A stretch of 64,000 nt of DNA. Source: Nitrospirota bacterium. GTDB taxonomy: Bacteria; Nitrospirota; UBA9217. The notes beneath the pieces are model-generated. The model did not search any database, was not told the DNA's origin, and saw only the letters and a list, made by a program, of their open reading frames with translations. The stretch lies in the NCBI GenBank assembly GCA_963796285.1, contig CAWCKW010000003.1, positions 224,001 through 288,000 on the forward strand, read 5' to 3'. Below, in pieces: positions 29,873 to 40,433 of the stretch; within the stretch, counting starts at the first letter, position 1; each line of letters starts with the position of its first letter. The position numbers and the translations under genes are program-made.

Positions 29873-32800
29873 ACGCTGTAGGCTCCTCATCGCCGCATGT
29901 TTGGTCCTGTCGGGGTGCGCCGGCGTCAATCATGCGGTGCCGACGAATCCTTCCGGGCAACGGCATCTCAGCATCGCCGTGTTCCCGGTAGAGAACAAGA
30001 GTGCTGTCAAAGCGCCTCTTCGAGAGATCCAGCAAGCGATCGTGAAGCGACTGGAGTCTACAGGGGCTCGCTATCGTTGATGAAGAGGCGCTCAAGCGGA
30101 CCCTGGACAAGCACCGCGTGCGTTATCTCGGTGGACTGGACTCCTCGGTGTCCAAGGCCCTGCAAGAGGAAGCAGGAGCAGATGCGGTACTGATCACCTC
30201 GCTGGAACTGTACAACGAACTGGCCCCTCCCCGGATCGCCCTTCTGTCCCGACTGGTCTCTACAGGGCCCAGACCGGAGATCCTCTGGTCCGACAGCGTG
30301 GGACTGGCCGGAGATGAAGCTCCGGGCCTGCTCGGCCTGGGTCTGATTAACGATCCTAAGGTCCTGAGAGAAAAGGCCGTCGGAACGCTGACAGGCTCCC
30401 TTGCCGCCTTTTTATCGGGCGAGAAAATCGAGTTGGAGGGCGGAAGAAAGAGCTATGCGCCGAAGATAAAGTTCCGCTCCTCTTCTGTCGGCTCTGATCT
30501 TCTGGAGAATGACGTCAATTTTGTGGACAGGACGTCGAGCGGCGACGATCGAAAAGGCCGTGCGCGCATTGCCGTGACGCTCACCTCCCCCGGTAAAGCC
30601 CCGGTTACGGTTGAGTATGCCGACGGGAACGGAACTGCTTCAACGGGGAAGGACTATGAGCTCAGGGGAAACACGCTGACCTTCGCCCCCGGCGAGACGA
30701 GAAAAGAGATCGAGATCGAAGTGAAGTACAACGCGGTTTACAAGGACAACAAGACAGTTAACCTCATTCTGAAGAGTGCGAAGGGTGCAGCTCTCGGCAG
30801 CACGACCGTGCATACGTATACCATCGTGAACACGGTCCCCCCGCCGACGGCGTCGTTTGCGTCAGCGAGCCAGCAGGTGAAGGAGACCGAAGGTCCTGCG
30901 ACAATGCTGGTGGAGCTGTCTGCAATATCGGGGAAGGACGTGACGGTCCCCTTTACCGTGAGCGGGACGGCAAAGACGCCGGGTAATTACACGATCACGT
31001 CGAGCCCGGTAGTGATCAAGGCGGGCGCGAAGAGCGCAGGGATCGTGGTAAGCCCGGTGGACGACAAGATCAGCGAAGAGGACAAAACGGTAGTGGTGGT
31101 CATGGGCGTGCCAATGAACGCGACGCAGGGGAAGACGACGGAAGGCGTTGTGACCATCGCGGACGCCGATCCGAAGCCTGCGGTGGGGTTCACGGCCGCG
31201 AGTTCGAGCGGGGAAGAGAAGATAAGTCCGGCGCGTCTCGAGGTATCGCTGGGGGCAGTGAGCGGCAGGCAGGTAACGGTGGAGTACGCGGTCACGGGCG
31301 GCACGGCGGTTCGGGGGAAGGATTATTCGGTGAAAGAAGGCAGCCTGACCTTCGCCCCCGGCGAGACAAAGAAGGAGATCGAGCTCGGCATCGGAAACAA
31401 CGGGATCTACGACGACAACAAGACGGTGGCAGTGGGACTGAAGAGCGCGCAGAACGCCGTACTGGGCGGGACTGCAACACACACCTACACCATCGTGAAC
31501 ACCACACCCATGCCCGACGGTGGCGTTCATGCACGCGAGTTCGAGCGGGGATGAGAAGACGAGTCCTGCCCGGCTGGAGGTGTCGCTCGGGGCAATGAGC
31601 GGGAAACCGGTAACGGTGGAGTACGCGGTCACGGGCGGCACGGCCGTTCGGGGGATAAACTACACATTGAAGGACGGGGCACAGACCGTGACCTTCGCCC
31701 CCGGGGAGACGGTAAAGACCGTCGAGATCGGGGTCAAGGATGACGGGCTGAATACGGATAACAAGACCATCGAAGTCGGCCTGAAAAATCCGAAGGGTGC
31801 TGTTCTCGGAAACACGACCATGCATACCTATACCATCCTTGACGCAGACCCGATGCCGACGGCGTCGTTTGCGTCAGCGAGCCTGCAGGTGAAGGAGACC
31901 GGGGGTCCTGCGACAATGCTGGTGGAGCTGTCTGCGATATCGGGGAAGGACGTGACGGTGCCCTTTACCGTGAGCGGGACGGCAAAGACGCCGGGTAATT
32001 ACACGATAACGCCGAGCCCGGTAGTGATCAAGGCGGGCGCGAAGAGCGCAGGGATCGTGGTAAGCCCGGTGGACGACAAGATCAGCGAAGAGGACAAAAC
32101 GGTAGTGGTGGTCATGGGCGTGCCAATGAACGCGACGCAGGGGAAGACGACGGAAAGCGTTGTGACCATCGCGGACGCCGATCCGGAGCCTGCGGTGGGG
32201 TTCACGGCCGCGAGTTCGAGCGGGGAAGAGAAGATAAGTCCGGCGCGTCTCGAGGTATCGCTGGGGGCAGTGAGCGGCAGGCAGGTAACGGTGGAGTACG
32301 CGGTCACGGGCGGCACGGCGGTTCGGGGGAAGGATTATTCGGTGAAAGAAGGCAGCCTGACCTTCGCCCCCGGCGAGACGAAGAAGGAGATCGAGCTCGG
32401 CATCGGAAACAACGGGATCTACGACGACAACAAGACGGTGGCAGTGGGACTGAAGAGCGCGCAGAACGCCGTACTGGGCGGGACCGCGACGCACACCTAC
32501 ACCATTATGAACAGCAATCCCAAACCGTCGGTTGCGTTCACTGCCGCGAATCAGCGGCTCAAGAAGTTCGCCGGCAATGTTCACCTTACCCTTCAGCTCT
32601 CGAACATATCGGGCAAGGATGCGGTCGTGCCCTTTACCGTCGGCGGCTCCGCAGTTCAAGGCAAAGATTATACCGTTACAGCGAGCCCGGTTAGGGTTCC
32701 GGCCGGCGAGCGTGACGCCGTCATTACGATCGAGCTGAAAGAAGGCCCTCCCTCAGAAGTCGATAAAACGATCGAGTTGAAGCTCGGGAACCCGGATAAT

Positions 32801-33313
32801 GCGCTCCTCGGGTCGCCCAATTATTACCGGCTGGTCCTGGTCAAAGACGCGCGTCCAACCATTGCTGTGCTTCCCTTTTTTAATACCAGCAGGAAAAATG
32901 ACGCCGGCGATATACTTATGCTTCAATTCGTCAAGGAACTGAGGAAACTGACCGATTTCACCGTGTTCGAGCCCGGCATTGTAAGAGAACATCTCCTGAA
33001 CATGCGGGTCATTATGTACGAGGGGATATCCTCTTCCGATATTGATCTGATAACAGGCAGCCTTGACGCGGACCTTATCGTGACGGGAAAGGTTTTCGAC
33101 TACAAGGATTTCGAATCCTCCTGGGGCAAGCCCCGGGTGAATTTTACCGTCATGCTGATCTCGAAAGCCAGCAAAAGGGTGGTCTGGTCGTCCAGCAGCG
33201 TCAACTCGGGAGACGACAGCCTCCTCCTGTTCAGCTGGGGCGAAGTCAATACGGCGAATGCAATGGTATCGGAAATGATCGAGGCAGTTCGCAAAACCAT
33301 GCTCTCGTGGTAG
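29844..33313 (+). CDS. Large lipoprotein: two CsgG/PelC-like domains separated by seven Calx-beta-like repeats (OscG-like); frameshifts near 30070 and 31515
   Basis: LSGC lipobox; IAVFPVEN...ADAVLITSL (domain 1); repeats VTVEYA..GTA..GKDY....TLTFAPGETKKEI and VTVPFTVSGTA; IAVLPFFN...ADLIVTGKV..VVWSS (domain 2). Confidence 0.8.
30843..32505 (+). repeat. Near-identical 651-bp direct repeat (30843-31493 and 31855-32505) inside the Calx-beta region
   Basis: Sequences align at a constant 1012-nt offset with only scattered substitutions. Confidence 0.92.
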
Positions 33314-33388
33314 GAAACGTGCTGAAGCCGAAATAAGCCCGGATTTGGCACGGTGCTGATTGACACTATTACAGAAAGAGGTGAAAGA

Positions 33389-35186
33389 ATGTTGAAAAAA
33401 ATATTCGTTGTAACAGGCATACTCACGTATGTACTGGCAGCTGCTTCCCCGGGGTTTGCATCAGATCGAAAGACGGCCCCGGCGGGCGCTGCTGCTGCCC
33501 AGGAACAACCGGTGGCGCCGGAGGACAAGATGGTTATGTTCGTAAAAGACGTTAGTTCTTCCACAATCATAACCGTTCCGACCCTCTCCACGGTGAACGC
33601 CGACCTCCCGGTTGCCGAAGTGAATGGAGAGCGCATAACCGTAAATGACCTTCGGTCCGCAATCGGAAGCGTCCACGACCAGAAGAAAGAGGCGGAGCAG
33701 GAGACGGTCAAGCAGGTGTCAAGGATCGATATGGCGGGATTGCTGCAACGCCTGATCAACGTCGCGCTTATGTTCCAGGAAGCGCGGAACATCGGTCTTG
33801 ATGAGTTGCCCGAGGTGAAGAACTCCCTGGACATATTTTCCCAGGTTACCCTGAGAGACCTGCTGCGCCAGAATTTATGGAATGACGTTTCCGTGAGCGA
33901 CGACGAGGTCGATAAGGAATACAAGGAGGCGGTGCGGGAGGTGAGGACAACTTCAGCCTTCTTCGACAAGGAGGCGGCTGCGAAAAAAGCCGCGGCCAGG
34001 ATCAAGTCAGGAAAGAAATTCGAAGATGTCATCGCGCAGGCAGTCAAGGCCGGAACCGCGAAGGGCACCGAAGAGGAGAACTTCATCAAATTTCGGGAAC
34101 TCGATGCTGCGGTCTCCAAGGCGATCGCCACGATGAAAATCGGGTCCGTTGGACCTGTTACAAGGGTGAAACTCAAGGGGAAGCCCTATTTTGCCCTCTT
34201 CCGGTATGAGGCTGAGCAGTATCCCGAAAATGCCGCTGCCAGGGAGCAGGCGCGAAAAGACGTCATGAACACAAAGCGAGTGGCGTCGCTCGGGGCGCTT
34301 ATCACCTCCCTGAGCCAGAAAAACGTAACGATGCACAAAGAGCTCTTTGAAGGACTCGACTACGGACCGAAGGGACCAGGGCTTGAGAAACTCATGAACG
34401 ACGAGCGGGTCATCGCTCGACATCAAAGGAGACAAGCCTGTTACGGTATCTCAGCTGTCCGAGGCAATGCAAGACAAATTCTACCACGGCATGAAGAACC
34501 TCAAGGGCAAGAAACTGGACGAGACGAAGCAGAAAGTCCTGGAATCGATCGTGCAGAAACGGCTTTTGTACCTCGAAGCGCTGAGCCGCGGTCTCGACAA
34601 GTCCCGAGAATATAAAGACATGCTCAAAGACTACGAGCGGAACATTGTTTTCGGGATGTTCGTTCAGCAGATTGTTGCCCCGAGCGTGGCGATTAATGAA
34701 GACGATCAGCGTGCTTATTATCGCGAACATGCTGCGGAGTTCATGTCTGAACCGCGGGTGAAAATAGCGCATCTTGCTTTCCTTCAGAAAGCCGATGCCC
34801 AGTGGGCCATGGACAGGATGCAGAAAGGCGCCGACTTCGGCTGGGTCAAAGCCAATGCCGCGGGGCAGGCGCCGGACAGCAAGGACGAGGAGCCTGCATT
34901 CGGGATCGACGCGGTGCCCGTATCCTCACTGGCGGAGGATGTCCAAAGTACCCTCGTTGGCGTAAAAGCCGGAGATGTCCGGCTCTACGAAGGCCCGAAG
35001 GGTCCATACCATGTACTGTACATTCAGGAAATGATCCCCCCGCAGCAGCAGACCTTTGAGCAGGTACGCCCGTCCCTCGGCTCGAACGTATATTATACCA
35101 AGCTGAACAAGGCGGTCGACGAGTGGACCCGCAAACTGAAAGAGACTGCCGACATCAAGATCTACCTGGCTGAATCGGCGAAGTAA
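33389..35186 (+). CDS. SurA/PrsA-like peptidyl-prolyl isomerase chaperone with duplicated modules (OscH-like); frameshift near 34420
   Basis: Signal GFA; VAEVNGERIT, EARNIGLD, VSDDEVDKEY, EALSRGLDK, YYREH..EF..EPRVKIAHL and parvulin-like segments. Confidence 0.85.
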
Positions 35187-35214
35187 AAATATGAGAACAC
35201 TGCAGAGGAGAACC

Positions 35215-37191
35215 ATGCATACCACCCATTTAAAACCAAACGCGCTTCTCATCGGACTGCTCCTTCTTCTGGGAGGAACTTTTTTTCTGACGACAGCGAA
35301 CCCCGCGTTCGCGCAGCAGCGATTTGAAAAGAAAGACTGTCTCGAGTGCCATAAGAAATTTGCCGACAAATATCTTGGCATGAAAAACGTCCATCGCGTG
35401 GTCAAAGAAAAAAAATGCGATGAATGTCATCTCCGGCATGGCAGAATTCCCAAACTGCTCCTCAAGAGGCCGGGGAATGAGCTCTGTTTTTCATGCCATC
35501 CCAAGGAAAAAATAGGATTGAACAAGGCAAAAGTGCACTCCGCCGTAAAGAAGGCGACCTGCACCAGCTGTCACAACCCCCATGCTTCCCAGGGAAAAGC
35601 CCTGCTCAGGGAAGAAGGCAATGCAATCTGCACGCAGTGCCACCAGCCGGCAGACTATAGTAAGAAAGTAATCCATAAAATTCTGCAGACTGATGGATGC
35701 AAAGCCTGTCATTTGCCGCACAGCGCCGACTATGATAATCTTCTCACCAGCGCGGAGCCGGGACTCTGCCTCAACTGTCACAGCAGCGGTGCGCCGTCAT
35801 TTAAAAAAGCCCACGGAGGATATCCCGTGGACGGCCGGGCCTGCTCACGGTGCCATAACCCCCACTCCTCCGATGAGCCAAAACTCCTGAAAACGAGCCT
35901 GCATAATCCTGTCGGGTCCATAAGCTGCGATTCGTGCCACAAACCCGCGGGAGACGCAAAGCCCTTCGAAGTTACTCAGCAGGGATCGGACCTTTGCTAC
36001 CAATGCCACGACGCGGCAACGTTGAAAAACGGCGGCACGGTGGAACATCCGCCGTTCAAGGACGGCATGTGCCTTTCCTGCCACGATCCCCATTCATCGG
36101 ATAACCCGAGGCTGCTGCTCGAAAAAGGCAACAAGCTCTGCTTCACCTGCCATCCGGACAAGGACGTGAAGGTTGCGTACGGCCATAAGGCGCTCACGGA
36201 CGGAAAGGGCTGCCTGTCGTGCCACGCCCCCCATGCGGCAAAGAACAAAAAACTGCTGCTCGCCAAAGATGGCGAGCTCTGTGTTACCTGTCACGCGAAA
36301 ACCGCCGAGGCGAAAAAGGCTAAGGATGTTCATCCTCCCTTTGCCAGCGACATGTGCACGTCCTGCCACAACCCTCACGGGACAAATATCCAGGGAATGC
36401 TGAAGAATCGCATGGACACCGTCTGTTATTCTTGCCATACGAATGCGGAAGCGGATTTTCAGAAAGCGAATGTCCATCCGCCGGTAAGTCGGGCGCAGTG
36501 TACCGCCTGCCATAATCCCCACGGATCAAGTGAAGGCAAACTCCTCCGGGCGTCCGATTCGGAGCTCTGCGCGCAATGCCACGGCGATATGATGAAGGAA
36601 GTGCCGGGAGGGTCCATGCATCCGCCCTTCAAGGACCGGCAGTGTCTCCTGTGCCACAATCCCCATGCGAGCGATGTCCGCGGGATGCTCAATGGCAAAG
36701 AGGATACGATCTGCTTCCAGTGCCATGCCGAGCTGCAAAAAGGACTGGGCGCGGGGAAGAGCAAGCACGCTCCGGTGATGGCGGGTGAATGTACCAAGTG
36801 CCATAGCCCGCACAAGTCGAAATTAGCCAAGCTCCTCCTGGTGGAAAGCCCCGATCTGTGCCTGACCTGTCATACGGACATTAAAGCAAGGATGGCAGCG
36901 GGCATGGCCCATCCCCCGGCACAAAGCGACTGTATGCGATGTCATCAACCCCATGTCTCGAAGGAAACGACCCTACTGACGCAGCCGATTCCCGCGTTGT
37001 GCAGCGACTGCCACGACCTGCCGGGAAAGGAATTTGCAAAGGATCATATTAACATCAAGGCGGCGGTCATGGACTGCAGGACCTGCCACGATCCGCACGG
37101 TTCGAAAGACCCGAAGCTGTTCAAGGACGTTGAGCATCCTCCGTTCGCCGCAAGATCGTGCGACGATTGCCATATAGGAGAAAAGAAATGA
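35215..37191 (+). CDS. Periplasmic multiheme cytochrome c, 26 CxxCH (OscI-like)
   Basis: Signal AFA; 26 CxxCH counted by eye in the paired HxP...CxxCHxPH...LCxxCH pattern. Confidence 0.95.
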   Translation: MHTTHLKPNALLIGLLLLLGGTFFLTTANPAFAQQRFEKKDCLECHKKFADKYLGMKNVHRVVKEKKCDECHLRHGRIPKLLLKRPGNELCFSCHPKEKIGLNKAKVHSAVKKATCTSCHNPHASQGKALLREEGNAICTQCHQPADYSKKVIHKILQTDGCKACHLPHSADYDNLLTSAEPGLCLNCHSSGAPSFKKAHGGYPVDGRACSRCHNPHSSDEPKLLKTSLHNPVGSISCDSCHKPAGDAKPFEVTQQGSDLCYQCHDAATLKNGGTVEHPPFKDGMCLSCHDPHSSDNPRLLLEKGNKLCFTCHPDKDVKVAYGHKALTDGKGCLSCHAPHAAKNKKLLLAKDGELCVTCHAKTAEAKKAKDVHPPFASDMCTSCHNPHGTNIQGMLKNRMDTVCYSCHTNAEADFQKANVHPPVSRAQCTACHNPHGSSEGKLLRASDSELCAQCHGDMMKEVPGGSMHPPFKDRQCLLCHNPHASDVRGMLNGKEDTICFQCHAELQKGLGAGKSKHAPVMAGECTKCHSPHKSKLAKLLLVESPDLCLTCHTDIKARMAAGMAHPPAQSDCMRCHQPHVSKETTLLTQPIPALCSDCHDLPGKEFAKDHINIKAAVMDCRTCHDPHGSKDPKLFKDVEHPPFAARSCDDCHIGEKK

Positions 37192-38483
37192 AAAAATACT
37201 GCATTAATACATGTTCCGGGTTGTTTCTGCTGCTCGCGGTGGTCGGCCTTCTCGGTGTGATGAATCCAGCCGTTGCGCAGGACAAACAGGACAACAAATT
37301 CAGGCTGAAGCCGGGAGCCCGCGGGAAAAACTGCCTGACCTGTCATGTCACCTTTCAGGACAAGATCAAGATGCCATTCGTCCATACCCCCGTAAAGAAC
37401 GGCGACTGTACGGGCTGCCATAACCCCCATGACTCTTCTCATGGGAAGCTGCTGGCAGCGGATCCCAACAAGATCTGCTTCACCTGTCACGCCGACATCA
37501 TTCCCAAGAGTGCCGTCAGCGCCCACAAGGTCGTGGCGGAAGGAAACTGCATCAAATGCCACGATCCGCACTCGTCCAAGAACAAATTCAACCTCCTTGC
37601 GTCGGGAAACGAGCTTTGTTTCGGCTGCCACAAGGAGATGGGCGAGGCGATCAAAAAAGTGAAATTCAAGCACTTCCCGGTGGAGAAGGGGTGCCTCAAC
37701 TGCCACAATCCGCACTCCTCCGGCAAATCCGCACAGCTGTTGAAGGATGCGGTTCCGGCCCTCTGTCTTACCTGTCACAAGGCCGAGGCCCCGTCGTTCA
37801 AGAAACAGCACATGAATTACCCCGTCGCCAAAGGTCGTTGCACGAGCTGTCATGACCCCCATGGCTCCAATAATGCGGGTATCCTGTTCGCTAATGTGCA
37901 CCGCCCCGTGGCGAACAGAATGTGCAACCAGTGCCATGAGGATCCTACGTCCAAGACGCCCTTTGCGACCAAACGGAAAGGATTTGAGTTGTGCCGGGGA
38001 TGCCACAGCGCCGTGGTCAATGATGCATTCACCAAGAACCGGATCCATTGGCCCCTGGTCGACAAAACAGGCTGTCTCAACTGCCATAACCCGCATGCGT
38101 CACCGGAAAAGCCCCTCCTGAAGTCCAAGCTGGTCGATGTATGCGGACAATGTCACGCCGATATCATCGAGAAGCAGAAACGTTCGCCGACGAAACATAA
38201 ACCAGTCAATGACGGTCAGTGTACATCCTGTCATTCCCCGCATGCGTCGAACAACGTATTCCTGTTCGAGCAGGCGTCTTCGATCGACCTGTGCAAGACC
38301 TGTCACGATTATTCAAAACATTCGACCCATCCTGTGGGGTCGGAGGCGATCGACCCGCGGAACAATAACGCCAGCGTCGCGTGCACGAGTTGTCACGGGG
38401 TCCATGGTACGGAAAACAAACAAATGCTCTGGTACCCGACCATTAACGATATGTGCGTCCAGTGCCATACTAAATTACACTAG
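37188..38483 (+). CDS. Periplasmic multiheme cytochrome c, 16 CxxCH (OscJ-like)
   Basis: Signal AVA; 16 CxxCH counted; ATGA overlap with the previous gene. Confidence 0.95.
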   Translation: MKKYCINTCSGLFLLLAVVGLLGVMNPAVAQDKQDNKFRLKPGARGKNCLTCHVTFQDKIKMPFVHTPVKNGDCTGCHNPHDSSHGKLLAADPNKICFTCHADIIPKSAVSAHKVVAEGNCIKCHDPHSSKNKFNLLASGNELCFGCHKEMGEAIKKVKFKHFPVEKGCLNCHNPHSSGKSAQLLKDAVPALCLTCHKAEAPSFKKQHMNYPVAKGRCTSCHDPHGSNNAGILFANVHRPVANRMCNQCHEDPTSKTPFATKRKGFELCRGCHSAVVNDAFTKNRIHWPLVDKTGCLNCHNPHASPEKPLLKSKLVDVCGQCHADIIEKQKRSPTKHKPVNDGQCTSCHSPHASNNVFLFEQASSIDLCKTCHDYSKHSTHPVGSEAIDPRNNNASVACTSCHGVHGTENKQMLWYPTINDMCVQCHTKLH

Positions 38484-38493
38484 AGGTGATGCC

Positions 38494-39390
38494 ATGATGA
38501 AAAATCTGATTCTCGCAGTCATTCTGCTGTGTCCCGCTCCCGCGCTGTGCGCCGATTCGCTGCAGCTGAGGCGGACCGCCACGGTTTCCGTCGATACGGC
38601 GGGCGTTAAAATTCGGCAGCCCGAGGGCGTTGCCTGCAGGGAGAAATCCCTGCTTGTCGTGTCCGATACGGGGAACGGTCGCCTCCTGCCTTATACACTG
38701 GAAGATGACGGATCGATCAAACCGGGGACTGAGATCAAGGTGCCCTATCCTATGCATGTACGGATGAACACGAAGAAGGAGATTTTCGTGCTTGACGGGA
38801 AGCAGCACCGCATACTGCGCTTCAGCCCCACGGGGGACCCCCTGGGGTACGTCGAACCCGCAAACTTACCGGCGCCGACTGCATGGATTCCGAAGAATTT
38901 CGCGATCGATGCGAACGACAATTTATACCTTCTCGACGTTTTTTCAGCGCGGGTCATCGTTACGGGGCCTGATGCCAAATTTCAGAGGCAGATACCGTTT
39001 CCGGCAAATGACGGTTTCTTTTCCGACGTGACGGTAGATTCTCAGGGCACCATTTACCTGCTGAACAGCGTTCATGCCGCAATCTTTACCGCTGCCCGGG
39101 ATGCCGTTGCTTTTACTCCGCTGACAAAGGACCTGAGAGACCACGTCACCTTTCCCACGTCAATGGCTGTAGACAAGAAGTATATTTTTGTCGTTGATCA
39201 GAACGGCGGAGCGGTTGTTGTTCTTGGGAAAGACGGTTCGTTTAAGGGACGCAAGCTCAGAATGGGGTGGAAGGACGGCGAGCTCTACTATCCCGCCGAT
39301 ATATGCCTCAACGACAATGAGCAGGTCTTTATCGCTGATCGCGGAAACAACCTCGTTGAAATTTACCATATGGAGGGCGAACACGAATAG
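38494..39390 (+). CDS. Secreted NHL-repeat beta-propeller protein
   Basis: GAGGTG RBS; PEGVAC..LLVVSDTGNGRL; GWKDGELYYPADIC...VFIADRGNN. Confidence 0.88.
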   Translation: MMKNLILAVILLCPAPALCADSLQLRRTATVSVDTAGVKIRQPEGVACREKSLLVVSDTGNGRLLPYTLEDDGSIKPGTEIKVPYPMHVRMNTKKEIFVLDGKQHRILRFSPTGDPLGYVEPANLPAPTAWIPKNFAIDANDNLYLLDVFSARVIVTGPDAKFQRQIPFPANDGFFSDVTVDSQGTIYLLNSVHAAIFTAARDAVAFTPLTKDLRDHVTFPTSMAVDKKYIFVVDQNGGAVVVLGKDGSFKGRKLRMGWKDGELYYPADICLNDNEQVFIADRGNNLVEIYHMEGEHE

Positions 39391-39581
39391 CTCGGATATC
39401 CCGCAGCGGCAGCGCCGGCACGTGACGGTTGCCCATTTCTTCCTGCGGGCGGCGGGAGTGCACAAGTGGTTAGAATAAAGACCGATCCCGTCGCCTCGCG
39501 GCATTTTCTGAGCACGGCACGCGACTATTGCAGTGATCCGATATTCTGTGCAATCGCGGTTGCTTCAGTGTAGGTACGATA

Positions 39582-40352
39582 TTGATAAACGGTAAAAAAG
39601 TTATTGTCGTTCTACCAGCATATAATGCCGCAAAAACGCTCAAAATGACGTATGAGGATATCCCCCGTGAGTTCGTGGATGATGTCATCCTCGTAGACGA
39701 TGCGAGTTGGGACGGTACTGCCGCGGTTGCCCGTGAACTCGGCATCAGAACGATTATTCATGAACAAAATACCGGATACGGCGGAAATCAGAAAACCTGC
39801 TATAAGACGGCGTTGGATCTGGGAGCAGATATCGTTATCATGCTTCACCCCGATTATCAATATACGCCGAAACTGATTCCGGCTATGGCGAGCATGATAG
39901 CCTACGGCGAGTTCGATGCCGTTCTAGCATCCCGCATTCTGGGTGTGGGCGCCTTGCGGGGCGGGATGCCGCTCTATAAGTATATGGCAAACCGCGTCTT
40001 GACCTTGCTTGAAAATCTTCTGATTGGGCATAAACTGTCGGAGTACCATACCGGATACAGGGCTTTTTCCCGGGAAATATTGGAACGACTTCCTTTGGAC
40101 AGAAATTCGGATGATTTTGTCTTCGACAACCAGATGCTGGCGCAGATCATCTGGTTCGGTTACCGGATCGGCGAGATCAGCTGTCCGACCAAGTACTTTG
40201 AGGATGCCTCCTCCATCAATTTTCGCCGTAGTGTTGTTTACGGACTCGGAGTGCTGAAAACAGCCTTCCAGTTCCGTTTGTGCAAGTTGAAGCTCTGTTC
40301 CGGCGGTATTTTCATCTTCCCGTCTTCCCGTTCTCGCAGCAACGTCCCCTGA
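39582..40352 (+). CDS. GT2 polyprenyl-phosphate glycosyltransferase (DPM1-like, second)
   Basis: [52 protein letters not shown]. Confidence 0.92.
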   Translation: MINGKKVIVVLPAYNAAKTLKMTYEDIPREFVDDVILVDDASWDGTAAVARELGIRTIIHEQNTGYGGNQKTCYKTALDLGADIVIMLHPDYQYTPKLIPAMASMIAYGEFDAVLASRILGVGALRGGMPLYKYMANRVLTLLENLLIGHKLSEYHTGYRAFSREILERLPLDRNSDDFVFDNQMLAQIIWFGYRIGEISCPTKYFEDASSINFRRSVVYGLGVLKTAFQFRLCKLKLCSGGIFIFPSSRSRSNVP

Positions 40353-40433
40353 ATTCAGCATGAGCACGCACTTTTGCTCCAGCTGCGTTGCGGGCTGCAC
40401 CGGTCTAGGAGATACGGGAGGTCAGTACAGCCG

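Noticed and set aside
33346-33362. Sigma54 promoter TGGCACGGTGCTGAT before the PPIase
   Set aside because: No GC at the -12 position with the required spacing.
39514-39531. Sigma54 promoter CGGCACGCGACTATTGC before the second GT2
   Set aside because: The GG-GC spacing is two bases too long.
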